Assembly (NCBI GenBank): GCA_905178155.1
Contig: CAJINV010000003.1
Span: 5,418,251 to 5,482,250 of the forward strand
Direction: 5' to 3'
Source of the DNA: Amoebophrya sp. A120
Taxonomy: Eukaryota; Protista; Dinoflagellata
Length of the DNA: 64,000 nucleotides
The position numbers and the translations under genes are program-made. The notes under the pieces were generated by a model. The model was not told where the DNA came from. It did no database searches and worked only from the letters and a program-made list of their open reading frames with translations. Of this stretch, positions 61,901-64,000 are shown in pieces. Positions within the stretch are counted from its first letter, which is position 1, and every line of letters begins with the position of its first letter.

Positions 61901-64000
61901 GTATTCTATTTTCCCTTATCCTTATGATCTTTGCGTTACAAGTTTTGTCTGCCACACAGAGAAAATTTGTGATGCAGAAACTCCATCAAATGTGTAACTG
62001 TAGCACTTTTTTCTCGTGATATTCGAGAGGTCCCAGTTGGCGATCGACGTTTCCGAGAAGGACGCGAGGCCGGTGGCCGCGGTGTCCAAGGAGGCGAGGC
62101 CTGCGAAGGTGTAAGCAAGATCAGTTACGTTGGACACTTTGGCGGCCCAGTTTCCCAGCCCCTGCAGGTGCACGAGGTATCAAAAGGAAAAATCCCCCCT
62201 CCACATATCAAAACGCAACTTCTGATGCTGGATTTGGAACCACAATCACAAATCAAATTTGTGTCGCAGTATAGGAATGCACGCAGGTCCTGAGACTCGG
62301 CGGGGGCCTTTTGGTGTAGGCGACTAGCATGGCAGACGGCTACCCTGCAGGCCTTACAGCATTACAAATCGCCTGCATAAGGTGGCGGACAGCCTCAGTG
62401 TGCCTTCTTGCAAGACAGACCCGATTTGTGGTCACCAAATTTTCTGACGGATGCGTTTTCCACATGGAGAGGGGGGATTTTTCCCCGCAATACGAGGGCC
62501 CGCGCGTTCTGGAACATCCGGCGCGCAGTGCGGATCATGGACACGTCGTAAGCGGAGACGTCCAGTTGTGTGAGCCCCTGGCAGTTTTCAAACATGGCCT
62601 CCGTGCTGCTGGCGGAGGACCAGAAGGGACCGAGGAGCTGCGTTAGCTGCGCGTCCGCCACTAGGCCCTGCGCCCCTTGGAACAAGAAGGGGAAGAGGTT
62701 CGCGCCGCTGGTCCCGAGCCCGCGCAGCCGCCGGAAGCTGTTCTTCCAAGCCCGCACCCGGCCAAAGTCGGACCCGGAACCCAGCTGCACCGCCGCGTCG
62801 TACCCGGCGGGCGCGATGCGGTGGAAAATGGCGGACGCATTCGCGGGATCGTAGTCTGCGGAGATTTCCATCAGGTCCTTCCATCGTGTGATCGCTCCGC
62901 GGATGACGACGGAGTAAGTTCCCGTCGATGCGTAAGTGTGGTTCTTCTGAATCTTTGCTGTTGCTGTCGTGCCGTTGCTACTAGTACCTTCAGCCACACC
63001 TCCTGGTCCGCCTAGGAGGCAGTTGTCAGCGCAGTGGACGTAGGGCTCCAGGTCTCCCTCTTCCGCCACCTCGCCGTCACCCCAGTGCACGGTGAAGCGT
63101 GTGGCAGCGTCATCCATGTAAACGGGGAGCGCCACGGTCAGATTGGTAGGGTCGGTGAGCTCGATGTCCACGCGAAAGGGGGAGTCGCCCGGACAGTTCG
63201 GGTCACCACCGTCCGTGGTCATGCGCCACAAATCATCACTACTGTCCGACCATCGCGCGTATGACGGTGGGCGCCCCCTTTCCCCCTCACTTGTATGGCG
63301 TGAACAGCAATGATACAAACACCAGCACACGTGGAGCCTATGCATGCCAAATCTATGTGCCTGATGTAGTACTGTTTGGGCTTCCGGAATTTGTTACTCA
63401 AACAGTGCCATCATCATCATCATCATCATCATCACGTAGTAGACACCCACACCCAGCGCCACAGGCCAAGGTGGATCCCCTCCCCGGGGGGTGGGCGACG
63501 AAGCACTTTCGACGGCGACCTCATCATACAAAAAAGGGCTTTGCAGTGCCACAGGGCAGCGAGAGCGACTGGAGTTGGGGTTTTGCGTGACAAATGAGGG
63601 GGAGGGGGAGTTGTGCACTGTCATAGCGCGCAGCTGCTTTTTACTGCAGTCTGAGCGAGCCACTGGCGGCTCGAGTTGACCCGGTGGAGATCCCAGCGGG
63701 CCACGTTGGGCGAGGCGCACGGAGCGTCCTTGAACATGCCGTCCATCAAAAGCCCGCTTGTACTCACTGACCACAAGGTCACGCACGGGTTCGCGCGCGC
63801 TGCGCCACGGAACATGTTGGAGGTATCCGTTACCTGATCCACCTGCCACAATCGCACGTCCGGGTCGGCACTGACCGCGCCGCGAAACATCGCAGACATG
63901 TCGGTCACATTGTCGACCTGCCACGCGCTCACGTGAGGGATGGCCTTGACCGCATCCGCGAACATTTGTCGCATGGTCCGCACGTTTCCGGTCTGCCAGT
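22987..64000 (-). CDS. Giant DUF285/BspA-type (W-x-T-x-x-V-T-x-M-x-x-M-F) repeat membrane protein with PKD-like modules, PAN-like and F5/8-like inserts, one TM, a disordered loop and a multi-TM C-terminal region; 39 non-canonical introns; 5' end outside the window
   Basis: All 39 junctions are in frame after removing element+DR; about 21 kb of exon. Continuity across 36891-37696 and 23203-31470 is inferred. Confidence 0.8.
23366..23548. repeat. Four copies of a CAGGTCACAGTCATCC-core repeat in the retroelement 3' UTR
   Basis: Cores at 23367, 23454, 23491 and 23528. Confidence 0.9.
24538..29236 (-). pseudogene. LINE ORF2 (APE endonuclease + reverse transcriptase) in four frames
   Basis: YWNVNG, SGDLNAYH, TIDF, GDHIAL (APE); SGADG, QQGG, IDASNFFN, LIQGS, FVDD, RILGI (RT); shifts near 27120, 26875 and 26205. 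Confidence 0.85.
29847..30425 (-). CDS. K/R-rich ORF of the retroelement (ORF1-like)
   Basis: 192-aa basic helical ORF upstream of ORF2, same strand; no known motif. Confidence 0.45.
   Translation of the reverse strand: MRQGVQSVREPGELEESSETTPTNQNSRKTMEARRQLARLRKGFEMDNPGRPDIAFPGEPLKKQTVPREFTPARSQPVEGAKPGTKEYAKIVRDRCKENLQKRLDAMTPNTRQGEVDKRKKRKRDAHQKSRKKFLKMTKEERAENFEKKLQKGDARVLTADRRKDKKKEKSEKEVKRQQTRARERREQAADS
31523..31845. mobile_element. Introner family C (TIR TATCAAAAGGAAAAATCCCCCCTCCCCATATC)
   Basis: TIR; DR TCGCG. Confidence 0.92.
32093..32507. mobile_element. Degenerate family-A introner
   Basis: TGTCCTG..CAGGATA; DR TCAGC/TGAGC. Confidence 0.8.
33080..33358. mobile_element. Introner family A (opposite orientation to 743)
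   Basis: TIR; DR TGCAG. Confidence 0.95.
33404..33752. mobile_element. Introner family C
   Basis: TIR; DR CAAGT. Confidence 0.93.
33847..34008. mobile_element. Introner family D
   Basis: TIR; DR CCGCT/CCACT. Confidence 0.9.
34188..34411. mobile_element. Introner family G (TIR TATGANAGTGCACAACT)
   Basis: TIR; DR TGACG. Confidence 0.9.
35083..35408. mobile_element. Introner family C
   Basis: TIR (left end CAT); DR CGATG. Confidence 0.92.
36891..37696. mobile_element. Long (806-bp) family-I element
   Basis: TIR like that of 61800; 16-bp DR TGCGAGGAGCGCGATG. Confidence 0.82.
38153..38415. mobile_element. Introner family B
   Basis: TIR; DR TGTAG. Confidence 0.93.
38742..39007. mobile_element. 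Introner family B
   Basis: TIR; DR TCGCC. Confidence 0.92.
39095..39313. mobile_element. Introner family H (TIR TATCGCAAGAAAAAACTGTTTCACTGTAA)
   Basis: TIR; DR CATGT. Confidence 0.93.
39407..39727. mobile_element. Introner family C
   Basis: TIR; DR CCCAG. Confidence 0.93.
39769..40003. mobile_element. Introner family J (TIR with tandem TTCTCAAYTGTTACA)
   Basis: ~40-bp TIR; DR CGGAC. Confidence 0.93.
40020..40325. mobile_element. Introner family F
   Basis: TIR; DR GAACT. Confidence 0.92.
41077..41226. mobile_element. Introner family D
   Basis: TIR; DR AGGTA. Confidence 0.92.
41274..41525. mobile_element. Introner family B
   Basis: TIR; DR ACGCG; inverted close relative of 46679. Confidence 0.93.
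42032..42327. mobile_element. Degenerate family-B introner
   Basis: Eroded TIR; DR CATCC. Confidence 0.85.
42579..42858. mobile_element. Introner family A
   Basis: TIR; DR AAGAG. Confidence 0.95.
44032..44359. mobile_element. Old introner
   Basis: TATAACCTGCTCA / TGAGCGGGTCATA ends; DR CGCAC/CGCGC; in-frame join. Confidence 0.7.
44460..44610. mobile_element. Introner family D
   Basis: TIR; DR CGAAG. Confidence 0.93.
45439..45795. mobile_element. Introner family C with internal perfect palindrome
   Basis: TIR; DR GAACA. Confidence 0.93.
46076..46297. mobile_element. Introner family H
   Basis: TIR; DR CATGC. Confidence 0.92.
46679..46929. mobile_element. Introner family B
   Basis: TIR; DR GGCGG. 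Confidence 0.93.
47216..47539. mobile_element. Introner family E
   Basis: TIR; DR ACATC; homologous to 18946. Confidence 0.93.
48138..48311. mobile_element. Introner family D
   Basis: Imperfect TIR; DR GTGTC. Confidence 0.88.
50739..50911. mobile_element. Foldback introner family K
   Basis: ~62-bp TIR in a 173-bp element; DR TCGTG. Confidence 0.94.
51071..51312. mobile_element. Introner family G
   Basis: TIR; DR TTGAA. Confidence 0.9.
54775..55058. mobile_element. Introner family A (orientation as 33080)
   Basis: TIR; DR GCCAC. Confidence 0.95.
55188..55474. mobile_element. Introner family B
   Basis: Imperfect TIR; DR TGTAC. Confidence 0.9.
57531..57799. mobile_element. Introner family B
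   Basis: TIR; DR ACCGC. Confidence 0.94.
58152..58668. mobile_element. Introner family C containing an assembly gap
   Basis: TIR; DR CGTGC/CGAGC; true length probably ~320 bp. Confidence 0.85.
58398..58497. other. Assembly gap (100 N)
   Basis: N run flanked by a duplicated ~95-bp overlap. Confidence 0.98.
59198..59713. mobile_element. Family-D introner with ~370 bp of extra internal sequence
   Basis: TIR; DR CGGTT/CGGTC. Confidence 0.82.
59863..60264. mobile_element. Family-B introner, DR lost
   Basis: TATCAAATGCAAA at both ends; element+5 is in frame (SGT/TANC). Confidence 0.8.
60851..61178. mobile_element. Introner family C
   Basis: TIR; DR CGGTA. Confidence 0.93.
61460..61737. mobile_element. 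Diverged family-A introner
   Basis: Imperfect TIR; DR TCGTC/TCGAC. Confidence 0.85.
61800..62021. mobile_element. Introner family I (TIR TATCRCRAGAAAAAAGYGCTACAGTTACACA)
   Basis: 31-bp TIR; DR TTCGA. Confidence 0.94.
62178..62492. mobile_element. Introner family C
   Basis: TIR; DR CGAGG. Confidence 0.93.
63260..63625. mobile_element. Introner family G with an internal (CAT)8 microsatellite
   Basis: Imperfect TIR; DR GCGCG. Confidence 0.88.

Noticed and set aside
63250-63635. Element+2 removal as the general rule (would give CAARW like the paralogue)
   Set aside because: The kinase, CDF and FQGA junctions require element+5; this single case may be paralogue divergence.
37678-64000. Bacterial contamination or a shattered pseudogene
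   Set aside because: Contiguous with eukaryotic spliced genes, and exons show no stops or frameshifts once the elements are removed.

Overview
Eukaryotic (protist) genomic DNA, most likely a parasitic syndinian dinoflagellate of the Amoebophrya type. This is inferred from the intron architecture, not from a search. Five host genes lie on the minus strand: a GFA/CENP-V-like Zn protein, a NEK kinase, an SLC43-like MFS transporter fused to a GNAT domain, a CDF metal transporter, and a giant (about 7,000 codons within the window, N-terminus beyond the right edge) DUF285/BspA-repeat membrane protein spanning 22987->64000. The genes are interrupted by about 55 MITE-like elements of at least 11 families. 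Typical elements have TAY...RTA termini, terminal inverted repeats (TIRs), 5-bp flanking direct repeats (DRs) and internal TGTNATGC/GCATNACA dyads. Removing element + one DR restores the reading frame at every junction I traced by hand in the NEK, MFS-GNAT, CDF and giant genes (39 of 39 in the giant gene, one of which has a 16-bp DR), so they behave as non-canonical 'introner' introns. One of them (23203-31470) is split by an ~8-kb frameshifted APE+RT non-LTR retrotransposon. Coordinates were read by eye and may be off by a base or two. Most short ORFs in the supplied track are shadows or read into the elements.
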